This document shows, in pieces, positions 21,602 to 32,577 of a DNA stretch of 64,000 nt; position 1 is the stretch's first letter; each line of letters starts with the position of its first letter. The position numbers and the translations under genes are program-made. Source of the stretch: Prolixibacteraceae bacterium (GTDB lineage Bacteria > Bacteroidota > Bacteroidia > Bacteroidales > Prolixibacteraceae); the NCBI GenBank assembly GCA_028282705.1, contig JANQHI010000008.1:87644-151643 (forward strand), written 5' to 3'. Below the pieces are notes generated by a model, which was not told the DNA's origin, ran no database searches, and worked only from the letters and a program-made list of their open reading frames with translations.

Positions 21602-21619
21602 TTTTAGGAGGGCATTACG

Positions 21620-22186
21620 ATAGCTATTAAAAGAAGAAATCCAAGAGGTGGACGTGGTGGTAGGGTTGATACAACCCCACAACACAGGATAAATGAAAGA
21701 ATTAAAGCGCCTATGGTGAGGGTGGTTGGCGAGAACGTCAATAACCCTGGAGTATACCCACTTAGGGAAGCATTAAATATTGCAAATTCACTGGGTCTTG
21801 ATTTAGTGGAAATTTCGCCTAATGCAGACCCACCTGTTTGCAAGGTAATTGATTACTCAAAGTTTCTTTATCAACAGAAAAAGAAACAAAAAGAGATGAA
21901 AGCAAAAGCTGTGAAAGTGGTCGTTAAAGAGATTCGTTTTGGACCTCAAACTGACGAACATGATTTCCAGTTTAAGCTTAGGCATGCTCAAAAGTTCTTA
22001 AAAGATGGGGCAAAGGTAAAAGCCTTTGTGTTTTTTAAAGGAAGGTCAATCTTGTTTAAAGAGCAAGGAGAAATCCTGTTGTTACGTTTTGCAACAGAGT
22101 TGGAAGAATTGGGAAAAGTAGAGCAAATGCCTAAGTTAGAAGGGAAAAGGATGACAATGTTTATTTCACCGAAAAAAGCAAAGTAA
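21620..22186 (+). CDS. infC: Translation initiation factor IF-3 with a probable non-AUG start
   Basis: The frame is open back to a TAG at 21605-21607. It encodes conserved IF-3 N-terminal sequence (RINERIKAP) upstream of the track's Met. Candidate starts are ATA 21620 and ATT 21626 or 21614, following AGGAGG at 21606-21611. Confidence 0.85.
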   Translation: MAIKRRNPRGGRGGRVDTTPQHRINERIKAPMVRVVGENVNNPGVYPLREALNIANSLGLDLVEISPNADPPVCKVIDYSKFLYQQKKKQKEMKAKAVKVVVKEIRFGPQTDEHDFQFKLRHAQKFLKDGAKVKAFVFFKGRSILFKEQGEILLLRFATELEELGKVEQMPKLEGKRMTMFISPKKAK

Positions 22187-22218
22187 ACGGCTTTTTTTAA
22201 TTAAATAAAAGTAGGAAA

Positions 22219-22416
22219 ATGCCAAAAATGAAGACGAATTCCGGTGCTAAAAAAAGGTTTAAGCTTACCGGATCTGGGAAAATTAAAAGAAAACATGCCT
22301 ACAAAAGTCATATTCTGACAAAGAAGAGTAAGAAGCGTAAGCGCAATCTTGGTTATTGGACAACTATTGACAAAACCAATGAGAGCAATGTGAAATTACT
22401 ATTGAATATGAAATAG
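22219..22416 (+). CDS. rpmI: 50S ribosomal protein L35
   Basis: [36 protein letters not shown] is a canonical L35 sequence. Confidence 0.95.
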   Translation: MPKMKTNSGAKKRFKLTGSGKIKRKHAYKSHILTKKSKKRKRNLGYWTTIDKTNESNVKLLLNMK

Positions 22417-22512
22417 CGTTCTTTCTTTTAGAGAAAAATTAGTGATTAACCAGGTGATATAGCATGTAAGAATCCAAATAAGTGGGTCGCTTATTACCAA
22501 AAAATTAAAAGT

Positions 22513-22857
22513 ATGCCAAGAAGTATAAATCATGTAGCATCACGAGCCCGTAGGAAAAAAATCCTAAAGCGGACAAAAGGTTATTATGGAGCTCGTAAAA
22601 ATGTATGGACTGTTGCAAAAAATGCCTATGAAAAGGGGCTGCAATATTCATACAGGGACAGGAAAGCAAAAAAAGGGATGTTCCGCAGGTTGTGGATTCA
22701 GCGAATTAATGCCGCTGCCCGTTTAGAAGGGTTGTCTTATTCACAATTTATGGGGTTATTAAAGAAAAATAATATTGACATTAATAGGAAAGTTTTAGCT
22801 GATTTAGCAATGAACCATCCGGATGCTTTTAAAGCAGTTGTCAAAAAAGTGAAATAA
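22513..22857 (+). CDS. rplT: 50S ribosomal protein L20
   Basis: [30 protein letters not shown] is the canonical L20 N-terminus. Confidence 0.95.
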   Translation: MPRSINHVASRARRKKILKRTKGYYGARKNVWTVAKNAYEKGLQYSYRDRKAKKGMFRRLWIQRINAAARLEGLSYSQFMGLLKKNNIDINRKVLADLAMNHPDAFKAVVKKVK

Positions 22858-22884
22858 ATATTTATTTAGGTGAGATAAATGAAA

Positions 22885-22918
22885 AATGCCTGGAAATTTT
22901 TTCCAGGCATTCTTTTTT
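22885..22918. terminator. Terminator between the convergent rplT and GH2 genes
   Basis: AATGCCTGGAAA-TTT-TTTCCAGGCATT is a perfect 12-bp stem, followed by CTTTTTT. An A-run on the other side also gives a partial minus-strand U-tract. Confidence 0.75.
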
Positions 22919-22948
22919 CCTTTTGGTAGGTAATGGGTTAAAAAAGGG

Positions 22949-25423
22949 TTATTGGGCTTTCAGGGTGACTATGCCATCATTAAGCCCTTGGCATAAAGCT
23001 TTTACTTTTATATCTCCAGAGGTAGTCGTTGACCTCAGGATCAAAGTTGCACGCCCCTCATAGGTTTTGCATTTATTTCCATGAAATGGATAATCAATTG
23101 GTGCATAAGGGTTTCCTGTGCCAACAGCAGCAATTGTTGCAGGTCCTCCTATTTCAAAAACTACTTCATGGTCATCCATGGGATTATAGATTCTATTTTT
23201 CCCAACTAATTCCACGTTAATATAACATATATCGCAACCATTTGCATCTATGGTTTGGCGGTCGGCATGCAGTTTTATGGCTTGAGCATCTGTTGCTGAT
23301 TTAAGTGTGTGTTTTGCAATTAGCTTACCATTCTCATATCCAACTACTTTTAGTACACCTTTCTCATAAGGGACTTCCCACGAAGCTATAAATTCAGTAT
23401 TTCTTGACGTTTCTTTTTTACCCAATGATTGCCCATTTAGGAAAAGCTCTGCTTCTTCGCATCCGGAATAAACATCAACTTGCATTTTCTTACCTTGTTC
23501 AACATCCCATGTCCAGGTGGATATAGATGGTTGCCATCCCCACCAGGTTTTTTTGCAATCATATTCTTCAGGTTTCTGAACTGTTGCAAAAACGGTTTTT
23601 TCGCCACTCCACAATAATTGGCGATAGTAAGAACGTGGTTTACGGTTCAAGCAGATATCTAAATCACCACACATGGCAATGTATGCAGGGAATGAAGCCT
23701 GGTCTTCTTTTTCTCGTCCACAACCTACTTCCCCAAGATAGTCAATTCCTGTCCATACAAAATCCCCAAGGATATGTCTGTTATCAGTAATCAACATCCA
23801 ATCCTTGAAAAACATAGGCATTTGTGCCTCGCTTTGGTACATAATCCGGTTTGGGAATTCTTTATGGCTTGTGGCAAAACCTTGTTTGTGGCGATCGCGT
23901 GATATGCTTTCGTAATTATAACCACAAACATCAACTGCGGCAAAATATTCTGGTGGCGGAAAACGGTCTCCCCAGGTAGCATGCCCTGGCTGGATTGCGT
24001 GGGTGGTAGGCCTTGTTAGGTCAAGTTTACGAACATAATCAGCAAGCATCTTTGCCGTTTCTGGCCCCTCGGGGTAACCTTGTTCTGGTATTTCATTCCC
24101 AATACTCCACATAATAATACTCGGATGGTTTCGGTCACGTAGCACCATACTGCTCAAATCAGTTTTCCACCATTTGTCAAGAAACGGGGCATAACCGTTA
24201 GCTTTTGGCCTTTTCCATTCATCAAATGCTTCATTGATCACCAGCATCCCGTGTTTATCGCAAGCATCTAAAAAAGTTGTTGAAGGCGGATTGTGGGCAC
24301 AGCGGATAGCATTACAGCCCATCTCTTTCAGTTTTAATACCTTGCGTTCTTCTGCCCAAGCATAGCTTTCTGCCCCTAAGATACCATTATCGTGGTGTAT
24401 ACATACACCTTTCAGTTTGGTATATTTCCCGTTCAGGGTAAAGCCTTCTTTGCTATCAAACTTTAAAGTTCGAATACCAAAGTTTGTAATAAGATCATCT
24501 ACAATCGTATTGTTAACGATTACCTCAGACACAGTTTTATAAAGGTTTGGTAATTCTAATGACCAAAGTTCCGGCTGGTTAACTTGTAAATCCTGCTTAA
24601 CTAAGACTATTTTATCTGGAGATATGGTTTGGCTTGATTCGGTTTGAGCAACTTCGTTACCATTCGCATCCAAAATACGGGTAAACAATTTTACTTCTTG
24701 TTCCTGTTTACTATCATTTGAGATGGTTGTCTCTACTAAAATATCAGCTTTATCTGATGTAACTTGGGGAGTGGTTACATACGTCCCCCATATAGGGATA
24801 TGCATATGGTCGGAAACCACTAGCTTTACTGGCCTGTAAATTCCAGAACCTGGATACCATCGGCTTTCCAGCTTATTATTTACTCTTACAAAAAGGATGT
24901 TTTTACCTTTTTCATTGAGGTGTGGGGTTAAGTCGTAAGCAAAAGCCGTGTACCCATAATGATGATGCCCTAAATGATTTCCATTAAGCCAAACATCAGA
25001 GTACATATAAACACCATCAAAAAGGATTTGTATTTTTTTACCAGAATATGCCTCTGGCAATGAGAACTCCTTTTTATACCATGCCAAGCCTCCTGGAAGG
25101 TATCCAGTAGAGCGGCTTCCCATATGTAACCCCAGTGCTCCAACATCACGTTTTTTATTACTTCCTGTACTATTGGCTGGTGGCACAAATGGGGATTCTA
25201 TACTGTAATCATGGGGGAGGTCGACCAGCTTCCAAGTAGCTGCTGCATCAGGAGGAAGGTCATCATCATTTACATCCCGTATAAATGACCATCCTAAATT
25301 AAAATCCTGATTGATCCTGGCATTGCCTTCATTAAATCCTTTTTGAACAGAACTGTTATGTACACAACCTGTAAATATGGACAGGGTCAAGGCTAAACAT
25401 AAAATTCGAAACATAACTCTCAT
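22949..25423 (-). CDS. Glycoside hydrolase family 2 (beta-galactosidase/beta-glucuronidase type), lipoprotein
   Basis: 824 aa. FTGC is a lipobox. GH2 sugar-binding, Ig-like and TIM-barrel blocks are present. NAIRCAHNP and MWSIGNE carry the acid/base Glu. Confidence 0.9.
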   Translation of the reverse strand: MRVMFRILCLALTLSIFTGCVHNSSVQKGFNEGNARINQDFNLGWSFIRDVNDDDLPPDAAATWKLVDLPHDYSIESPFVPPANSTGSNKKRDVGALGLHMGSRSTGYLPGGLAWYKKEFSLPEAYSGKKIQILFDGVYMYSDVWLNGNHLGHHHYGYTAFAYDLTPHLNEKGKNILFVRVNNKLESRWYPGSGIYRPVKLVVSDHMHIPIWGTYVTTPQVTSDKADILVETTISNDSKQEQEVKLFTRILDANGNEVAQTESSQTISPDKIVLVKQDLQVNQPELWSLELPNLYKTVSEVIVNNTIVDDLITNFGIRTLKFDSKEGFTLNGKYTKLKGVCIHHDNGILGAESYAWAEERKVLKLKEMGCNAIRCAHNPPSTTFLDACDKHGMLVINEAFDEWKRPKANGYAPFLDKWWKTDLSSMVLRDRNHPSIIMWSIGNEIPEQGYPEGPETAKMLADYVRKLDLTRPTTHAIQPGHATWGDRFPPPEYFAAVDVCGYNYESISRDRHKQGFATSHKEFPNRIMYQSEAQMPMFFKDWMLITDNRHILGDFVWTGIDYLGEVGCGREKEDQASFPAYIAMCGDLDICLNRKPRSYYRQLLWSGEKTVFATVQKPEEYDCKKTWWGWQPSISTWTWDVEQGKKMQVDVYSGCEEAELFLNGQSLGKKETSRNTEFIASWEVPYEKGVLKVVGYENGKLIAKHTLKSATDAQAIKLHADRQTIDANGCDICYINVELVGKNRIYNPMDDHEVVFEIGGPATIAAVGTGNPYAPIDYPFHGNKCKTYEGRATLILRSTTTSGDIKVKALCQGLNDGIVTLKAQ

Positions 25424-25607
25424 CTTCTTTCTTATTTTGGTAATTGGACTTATAAATATAAATATTTGGAGGGATTTTTATTTGGGGATCTTTAATATTT
25501 CATGCAATAATAAACTTAACTTTTGGCAACTTCATTTTTAACCAGGAGATATTAAATTATAATTTAATTTATTTTTAATATTATTTTAAGGCTAAAATTA
25601 AAAAGAT

Positions 25608-26495
25608 ATGGAAAATAGGTTGAGTTTCCACCTCGAAGACAAATTAGAGCAAATACTTGGGAGTAGTGTTAAAATATTATCAGGAAAGCCTTTAGGAGGC
25701 GGATGTATCAATAATGCCATGAAACTGGAAACATCATCTGGGGCTTTCTTTTTAAAATGGAATACTACTTGTGCACCTAACCTGTTTACCAGGGAAGCAG
25801 AAAGCCTTATTGAGCTTGGAAAGGCTAGCTCTTCTTACCTGCATATCCCTAAAGTAATTGTATCAGAAGAAGTAGGAGAGTTGCCAGGATATATAATTAT
25901 GGAATACCTTGAACCTGCTTCTTATTCATCACAGGATGAGAGGAACTTGGGAAGGGGGTTGGCAACTATCCACCAATTTCCTGCTGACAGGTTTGGGTTC
26001 TATAATGATAATTATTGTGGCTCTACCATCCAGGATAACAGTTGGAATACCAATTGGGTAGATTTCTTTGGCCAGCAACGTTTACTTTATATCCTTCAGC
26101 TAATCCAAAAAGAAAGAAATATGCCTTCTTCACAAATGAAGGTGTATGAGAAGTTGGTTTCAAGACTGCCTGGTTTATTGCCTTCTTGCAGTAAACCTGC
26201 TTTGATACATGGTGACCTGTGGTCAGGTAATTATATGCATACCAATAAAGGACCTGCCTTGATTGACCCCTGTGCATATTATGCTGATTGTGAGATGGAA
26301 ATGGGGATCATGACCATGTTTGGAGGCTTTTCAGGAAAATTTTGGGAAGGGTATATGGAAGTTAACCCACTTGATCCTGGCTGGGAAAAACGAAATAAAA
26401 TATACCAGCTTTACCATGTATTAAACCATTATTATCTATTTGGAGGGGGGTATGGTCACCAGGCATTTAACATAGCACAATATTATGCAGGCTAA
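25608..26495 (+). CDS. Fructosamine/ketosamine-3-kinase family protein
   Basis: LIHGDLWSGN and ALIDPCAYYADCEMEMG are typical of the fructosamine kinase family. Confidence 0.9.
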   Translation: MENRLSFHLEDKLEQILGSSVKILSGKPLGGGCINNAMKLETSSGAFFLKWNTTCAPNLFTREAESLIELGKASSSYLHIPKVIVSEEVGELPGYIIMEYLEPASYSSQDERNLGRGLATIHQFPADRFGFYNDNYCGSTIQDNSWNTNWVDFFGQQRLLYILQLIQKERNMPSSQMKVYEKLVSRLPGLLPSCSKPALIHGDLWSGNYMHTNKGPALIDPCAYYADCEMEMGIMTMFGGFSGKFWEGYMEVNPLDPGWEKRNKIYQLYHVLNHYYLFGGGYGHQAFNIAQYYAG

Positions 26496-26593
26496 TATAA
26501 CTTGGTAGGCATATACTTTTAAACATGATTATTCATATTGTTTCCCCTTTATCTCTTGATTAACTTTAGCCAAAACATAAAATCAGCCAACTT

Positions 26594-27745
26594 ATGATCA
26601 GCAGGAAGGTTACTGGAATATCTCCTTTTATTGTGATGGAAGTGCTTGAGAGAGCAGCAGAAATGGAAAGGAAAGGCATTAATGTCATCCATATGGAAGT
26701 GGGAGAACCAGATTTTGATGTTCCTGCATGTGTGTCAGAGGCAATACAGGAGGCTTTCAACCAGGGGCACACCCATTATACCCACAGCCTTGGAGACCCT
26801 GAATTAAGGAATGAGATTGCTGAAAACTATAGGAGGAATTACAAGGTTGAGGTTGACCCAAACCAAATTATTGTAACCTCTGGTTCATCTCCAGCTATAT
26901 TGCTCACCCTCTCTGTTCTTTGTGAAAATAATGATGAAGTTATTATTTCAGACCCAGGATATGCCTGTTACCCAAATTTCATCAAATATATTGGTGCCAA
27001 CCCTATAATAGTGCCTGTTGCAGAAGATGAAGGTTTCCAGTATCACCCATCAGACATAAAAAAATACATTACTGGGAAAACAAAGGCTATTATGATCAAC
27101 AGCCCAATGAATCCTACAGGAAACTTGTTGTCAAAAGAAGTAATGAAACAGTTGGCATCATTGGGACCTATGGTTATATCAGATGAAATTTACCATGGTT
27201 TGGTATATGAAGGCAGGGCACATTCAATCCTTGAGTTTACTGATAATGCTTTTGTTTTGAATGGTTTTTCAAAATTGTATGCAATGACAGGTTTGCGCCT
27301 GGGTTATGTAATTGCACCTAAACACTTTGTTAGGGTAATGCAAAAACTACAACAGAATTTGTTCATTTGTGCAGGTTCTACTGCCCAGCGCGCAGGGATT
27401 TCAGCTTTAAAGAATGCACAACAAGATGTTGCCAGAATGAAATCAACCTATGACGAGCGCAGGAAGTACCTTATAAAAAGGTTAACCAGCTTAGGGTTCA
27501 ATATAAAAGTAAAGCCAACAGGGGCATTTTATGTGTTTGTTAACGCAAAGCACCTGTCAACTGATAGTTATAAACTAGCCTTTGATATCCTTGACAAAGC
27601 CCGTATTGGTGTTACCCCTGGGATTGATTTTGGGGAGAATGGGGAAGGGTTCCTTAGGTTCTCTTATGCAAATTCCCTTGAAAACATCATGGAAGGTATG
27701 GATAGGCTAGAAAAATACCTGAAAAGATACCATTCAAGTAAATAA
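26594..27745 (+). CDS. Class I/II pyridoxal-phosphate-dependent aminotransferase
   Basis: NSPMNPTG and the NGFSKLYAMTGLRLGY motif (PLP-binding lysine), at about 380 aa. Confidence 0.9.
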   Translation: MISRKVTGISPFIVMEVLERAAEMERKGINVIHMEVGEPDFDVPACVSEAIQEAFNQGHTHYTHSLGDPELRNEIAENYRRNYKVEVDPNQIIVTSGSSPAILLTLSVLCENNDEVIISDPGYACYPNFIKYIGANPIIVPVAEDEGFQYHPSDIKKYITGKTKAIMINSPMNPTGNLLSKEVMKQLASLGPMVISDEIYHGLVYEGRAHSILEFTDNAFVLNGFSKLYAMTGLRLGYVIAPKHFVRVMQKLQQNLFICAGSTAQRAGISALKNAQQDVARMKSTYDERRKYLIKRLTSLGFNIKVKPTGAFYVFVNAKHLSTDSYKLAFDILDKARIGVTPGIDFGENGEGFLRFSYANSLENIMEGMDRLEKYLKRYHSSK

Positions 27746-28132
27746 TATAGGCTTTTTTCAAACTTTTCAATAATACAGTAAAAAAATAATGCTTTTTTTT
27801 GGTATAATTTTGCAGATTAAAATATACCACTTAAAGATATTTTTGTCTTTTTATATTTTTCGAGTATTAGCAAATCTTACCAAAACACTTACAATTTTCA
27901 TTGAAACCACATGTTTTATTTATAATTATTCAAAATAGCAAGCAAATAATTTAAAATTATAATTTCAAAATTTAATCTGCCAGCAGGGTCTGTTTTGCAG
28001 CATAATCAGGGCATGAAACAGATTGCAGCTTTGGACGTCCTATTTAGTGAATAGAAAACATGAAAAAGTGGAAAGCCAAATTCCACAGAAAACATTAACA
28101 AATTAGTTCTTTAATTAAAATTTTTAATAGCC

Positions 28133-28606
28133 ATGAAAAAATTAAATGTTGTATTCACATTGATGGTTGCTTTTGTATTATTAGCAACAGTAAGCACAAA
28201 CGCTACAGGCGTATCAGAAGAGTTTGAAAATTATAAGATTGAAAGTGTTGATGACCTTTATGTTGGTAAAAATATTGAGAAAATCTGGACATTGACTTAC
28301 AGTGTTGATGAAACTCCAGTTACAGTATTAAAAAGGAAAACAACTTTTGGGAATAGCTACATTGTGCGTTCCGAGCATTTCGAGGTAACCTATGCAACTC
28401 AACCTGAAGGTTTTGGTGTTAAAAAAATCAGGAAGAGCTGGGCAAATGTGCCTGCACCAATTACCAAAGCAGTACTGAATGCAAAAGAAATGGAAAACCA
28501 AAGGGTTATTACACCTAAAAAAGTGGATGATGAAAGAGCATTGGGTTTGATTGCCAGTTACTTGCCACAACTTGTAAATGAATCATATACCCATCTCTTA
28601 AACTAA
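28133..28606 (+). CDS. Secreted hypothetical protein
   Basis: 157 aa with a signal peptide (MKKLNVVFTLMVAFVLLATVSTNA). I recognise no family. It is flanked by AT-rich DNA and followed by a terminator. Confidence 0.6.
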   Translation: MKKLNVVFTLMVAFVLLATVSTNATGVSEEFENYKIESVDDLYVGKNIEKIWTLTYSVDETPVTVLKRKTTFGNSYIVRSEHFEVTYATQPEGFGVKKIRKSWANVPAPITKAVLNAKEMENQRVITPKKVDDERALGLIASYLPQLVNESYTHLLN

Positions 28607-28626
28607 TAGTTTTAAGTTAGCAATTG

Positions 28627-28657
28627 AAAAGGCTATGAGTAATCATGGCCTTTTTTT
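28627..28657 (+). terminator. Rho-independent terminator
   Basis: AAAAGGCTATGA-GTAA-TCATGGCCTTTT forms a stem with one G-U pair, followed by T7. Confidence 0.7.
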
Positions 28658-28683
28658 ATAGCCTGTTTAAATTTTATTGTTTA

Positions 28684-28802
28684 GCCCCGAAGTCTCGGGG
28701 TATGATGTATTTTTTACATAAGTCAAGGCGAATTTGACGCGAATAGTACTAACTATTTAAGGAAAATTCAACGCAGAATAGGTGAACCTGTCTGCTGACA
28801 GG
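28684..28802. repeat. A pair of GC-rich tetraloop hairpins bracketing an imperfect direct repeat
   Basis: Hairpin 1 is CCCCGA-AGTC-TCGGGG (28685-28700). Hairpin 2 is CCTGTC-TGCT-GACAGG (28787-28802). Between them, AAGGCGAATTTGACGCGAATAG and AAGGAAAATTCAACGCAGAATAG form an imperfect direct repeat. Confidence 0.6.
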
Positions 28803-28850
28803 CAGGAAAGGCGCAAAATAGAATAAATGAATAATTTATTGAACAGGTTC

Positions 28851-29024
28851 TTATATACATCCACAGACTAAACCATCAGCCAGGCTATCAAGGTATTCTT
28901 CTTCAGCCTTTTTTTCTTTTTGTGTGCCTTTGCACTTTTTGCAAACTGGCAAACCTACTGCACTATTCATTGAAACAGTGGTTTTATCAACCTTCTCCCC
29001 GCAAACAAAACAATGATCCTTCAT
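28851..29024 (-). CDS. Candidate small zinc-ribbon protein (57 aa, or 68 aa from the alternative start at 29057)
   Basis: It has two CxxC pairs (CFVCGEK...VCKKCKG) and ends in VCGCI. It is transcribed divergently from secA. Confidence 0.45.
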   Translation of the reverse strand: MKDHCFVCGEKVDKTTVSMNSAVGLPVCKKCKGTQKEKKAEEEYLDSLADGLVCGCI

Positions 29025-29192
29025 TTCCCTATAATTATAATCAGTGTAAAAATACATTTTCTTTGCATTTCCCAGATGTTATGAGAGATTGTCATAAATC
29101 TTTAAAAGCACTGCAAATATGGCTGGTTTTAGCAAATTGGCACAATTATTATAAAAGTAATGTTATCGTTTTTATTAGCTTGTACAAATAGT

Positions 29193-29200
29193 TACATTTG
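29193..29200 (+). promoter_or_regulatory. TACATTTG -7 promoter element upstream of secA
   Basis: Exact match to TAnnTTTG, 35 nt before the secA ATG. It is embedded in the inverted repeat GTACAAAT-N6-ATTTGTAC (29182-29203). Confidence 0.45.
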
Positions 29201-29235
29201 TACTTACATCTAAAAAGAAAGTAATACATAATTTT

Positions 29236-32200
29236 ATGGCATTAGTATCAAAAATCTTAGGTAAAATATTAGGCAATAAATCAGAAAGGGACATCCAGGA
29301 AGTTATGCCAATGGTTGAAACCATTAAGGGTGAGCATAAAAGGATTGAGGGCTTTTCAAATGATGATTTACGTGCTGAATCACAGAAGCTTAAAGATATC
29401 ATAAAAGAGAAGATAAAAGCAGAGGAAGAAGAGATTGCAAAGCTTAAAGAGGAGGTTGAGGAAGTTGAAATTCAGGAAAGTGAAAAATATTATGAGCAAA
29501 TAGACAAGCTGGAAGAAAAAATAGATGAAAAACTGGAAGAGGTATTAAATGAGATACTCCCAACTGCTTTTGCTGTAATAAAGGAAACGGCCATCAGGTT
29601 TACCCAAAATGAAAAAGTTGTGGTAACAGCCAGTGATTTTGATAGGAACCTGGCTGCAGAAAGGGATAGCATTAACATTGAAGGGGATAAAGCTACCTGG
29701 AAAAATAAGTGGATTGCAGGTGGAACTGAAATCACCTGGAACATGATCCATTATGATGTGCAGTTAATTGGAGGTATTGTGTTGCATAGGGGCAACATTG
29801 CAGAGATGGCCACTGGTGAAGGGAAAACCCTGGTAGCTACATTGCCTGTTTTCCTGAATGCATTGACTGGCAAAGGGGTCCATGTAGTTACAGTGAATGA
29901 TTACCTATCAAAAAGGGATGCTGAATGGATGGGTCCAATCTTTGAATTCCATGGGCTTTCTGTTGACTGTATTGATAAACACCAGCCAAATTCAGAAGCC
30001 AGGAGGAATGCCTATAATTCTGATATCACATATGGAACCAACAATGAGTTTGGTTTTGACTACTTGAGGGATAACATGGCAATCAACCCTGAAGACCTGG
30101 TACAAAGGAAACACCACTTTGCTATTGTTGATGAGGTAGACTCTGTGTTGGTTGATGATGCGCGTACCCCTTTGATCATTTCAGGGCCTGTACCCAAAGG
30201 TGACAACCAGCAGTTTGAAGAGTTGAGGCCACATGTTGAAAAGCTATACAGGGCTCAACGTGAGTTGGTTAATGGCATTTTTGCTGATGCAAGGAAATTG
30301 TTGACCAAAGAAGATGCAACCCCTGAAGAAAAGAAAGAAGGTGCTTTGCTGTTGTTAAGGGCTCATAAAGGGTTGCCCAAAAACAAGGCAATTATCAAAT
30401 TCCTGAGTGAAGAAGGCATTAAGGCATCCATGTTAAAAATTGAAAATTTCTATATGCAGGATAACAACAAAAATATGCATATAGTAACTGACCCCCTTTA
30501 TTTTATTATTGAAGAAAAGCAAAATTCAGTAGAACTTACAGATAAAGGTATTGACCTCATATCTAGGGGGTTTGATGATAATGAGTTTTTTGTGTTGCCT
30601 GATATGGGGGCAGAAATGGCTGAACTGGAAAACTCCAGCTTACCCAAAGAGCAGGTATTGGAGAAGAAGGATTTGCTGATGCAGAATTATGCTGTCAAAT
30701 CAGAAAGGGTACATACCATTAACCAGTTGTTTAAAGCATATGCCATGTTTGAAAAAGATGTGGAATATGTGGTGATGGACAATAAGGTTAAAATAGTTGA
30801 TGAGCAAACTGGGAGGATTATGGAAGGGCGCAGGTATTCTGATGGCCTGCACCAGGCAATTGAAGCAAAAGAGCATGTAAAAGTTGAGGCTGCTACCCAA
30901 ACTTTTGCCACCATTACCTTGCAAAATTATTTCAGGATGTACCACAAACTCTCAGGGATGACAGGTACTGCTGAAACTGAAGCAGGTGAATTCTGGGATA
31001 TCTATAAACTGGAGGTGGTTGTAATCCCCACTAATAGGCCCATTGTCAGGGATGACAGGGAAGACCTTGTTTATAAAACCAAACGTGAAAAATACAATGC
31101 TGTTATCCAGCAAATTGTAGAACTGCATAAAGAGGGGCGCCCATCACTGGTGGGTACCACTTCCGTTGAAATTTCAGAGTTGTTAAGCAGGATGTTAAAA
31201 ATCCGTGGGATCAAGCATAATGTACTGAACGCAAAACTGCATGCAAGGGAAGCTGAAATTGTAGCAGAAGCTGGTAGGCCTGGTGCTGTTACCATTGCCA
31301 CTAACATGGCAGGTAGGGGTACTGACATCAAACTTTCCAAAGAAGTAAAAGAAGCTGGTGGGTTGGCAATTATTGGTACCGAAAGGCATGACAGCAGGCG
31401 TGTTGACCGCCAATTGCGTGGCCGTGCTGGGCGCCAGGGAGACCCAGGTTCATCACAGTTTTTTGTGTCACTTGAAGATGACCTGATGCGCTTGTTTGGC
31501 TCGGAAAGGATCACTGGTATTATGGATAGGCTGGGGCTGAAAGAAGGTGAAGTTATCCAGCATTCCATGATTTCAAAATCAATTGAAAGGGCACAGAAAA
31601 AGGTAGAAGAAAATAACTTTGGGATCAGGAAAAGGCTGCTTGAATATGATGATGTAATGAACTCCCAGCGCGAAGTTATCTACAAAAAAAGGCGCCATGC
31701 CTTGTATGGGGAACGCTTGGAAGTAGATGTCCTGAATATGATGTATGATTCTGTGGAAGAGCTGGTTAATGAGTACCATGGGGCTGATATGTTTGAAGAT
31801 TTCAACCTTGAACTTATGCGCCTCCTTTCAATAGAAGCACCTGTTACTGAGCAAGAATTTGCCAAAAAACCACCTGATGAAACTTCAAATAAAATATATG
31901 AAGTAATGATTGACACCTATAAAAGGAAAGTTGATTATATTTCAAAACAAGCTTATCCTGTAATTAAAGATGTATATGAGAAAAAATCTCATATGTACAC
32001 CAACATAGTTGTACCAATTTCTGATGGCAGGAGGGTATTCCAAATAGTTACCAGCCTTGAAAAAGCTTACCAAAATAAGGGTAAAGAACTGGTTAAGTCA
32101 TACCAGAAACAAATAGTGCTAGCCAATATTGATGAATCATGGAAGGAGCAGTTGCGCGAAATGGATGACCTGAAACAATCAGTACAAAATGCAACTTATG

Positions 32201-32547
32201 AACAAAAAGACCCATTATTGATCTATAAATTTGAGTCATTCAACCTGTTTAAACAGATGGTTGCTAAGGTGAATAAGGACATTGTTTCTACCTTGATGAA
32301 AGGGCATATACCAATCCGGGACCCTAATGAGGTGAAAGAAGCAGCTGCAAGAAGGCGCACAGATATAAGCAGGTATAAAACCAGCAAAACAGATTCACCA
32401 GCCATGAACCCTATGGAAGGTGCCAATACACAAACCCAGGAGAAATCACGCCCTCAGCCTGTGAAAGTTGAAAAAAGGGTAGGCAGGAATGACCCTTGCC
32501 CATGTGGTAGCGGGAAAAAATATAAACAATGCCATGGAAAGGCATAA
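29236..32547 (+). CDS. secA: Preprotein translocase ATPase SecA
   Basis: 1103 aa. Motifs are the Walker A-like [39 protein letters not shown] and the C-terminal zinc motif [14 protein letters not shown]. Confidence 0.98.
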   Translation: MALVSKILGKILGNKSERDIQEVMPMVETIKGEHKRIEGFSNDDLRAESQKLKDIIKEKIKAEEEEIAKLKEEVEEVEIQESEKYYEQIDKLEEKIDEKLEEVLNEILPTAFAVIKETAIRFTQNEKVVVTASDFDRNLAAERDSINIEGDKATWKNKWIAGGTEITWNMIHYDVQLIGGIVLHRGNIAEMATGEGKTLVATLPVFLNALTGKGVHVVTVNDYLSKRDAEWMGPIFEFHGLSVDCIDKHQPNSEARRNAYNSDITYGTNNEFGFDYLRDNMAINPEDLVQRKHHFAIVDEVDSVLVDDARTPLIISGPVPKGDNQQFEELRPHVEKLYRAQRELVNGIFADARKLLTKEDATPEEKKEGALLLLRAHKGLPKNKAIIKFLSEEGIKASMLKIENFYMQDNNKNMHIVTDPLYFIIEEKQNSVELTDKGIDLISRGFDDNEFFVLPDMGAEMAELENSSLPKEQVLEKKDLLMQNYAVKSERVHTINQLFKAYAMFEKDVEYVVMDNKVKIVDEQTGRIMEGRRYSDGLHQAIEAKEHVKVEAATQTFATITLQNYFRMYHKLSGMTGTAETEAGEFWDIYKLEVVVIPTNRPIVRDDREDLVYKTKREKYNAVIQQIVELHKEGRPSLVGTTSVEISELLSRMLKIRGIKHNVLNAKLHAREAEIVAEAGRPGAVTIATNMAGRGTDIKLSKEVKEAGGLAIIGTERHDSRRVDRQLRGRAGRQGDPGSSQFFVSLEDDLMRLFGSERITGIMDRLGLKEGEVIQHSMISKSIERAQKKVEENNFGIRKRLLEYDDVMNSQREVIYKKRRHALYGERLEVDVLNMMYDSVEELVNEYHGADMFEDFNLELMRLLSIEAPVTEQEFAKKPPDETSNKIYEVMIDTYKRKVDYISKQAYPVIKDVYEKKSHMYTNIVVPISDGRRVFQIVTSLEKAYQNKGKELVKSYQKQIVLANIDESWKEQLREMDDLKQSVQNATYEQKDPLLIYKFESFNLFKQMVAKVNKDIVSTLMKGHIPIRDPNEVKEAAARRRTDISRYKTSKTDSPAMNPMEGANTQTQEKSRPQPVKVEKRVGRNDPCPCGSGKKYKQCHGKA

Positions 32548-32577
32548 TCAACTAAATACTAATAAATAAAAACAAGT

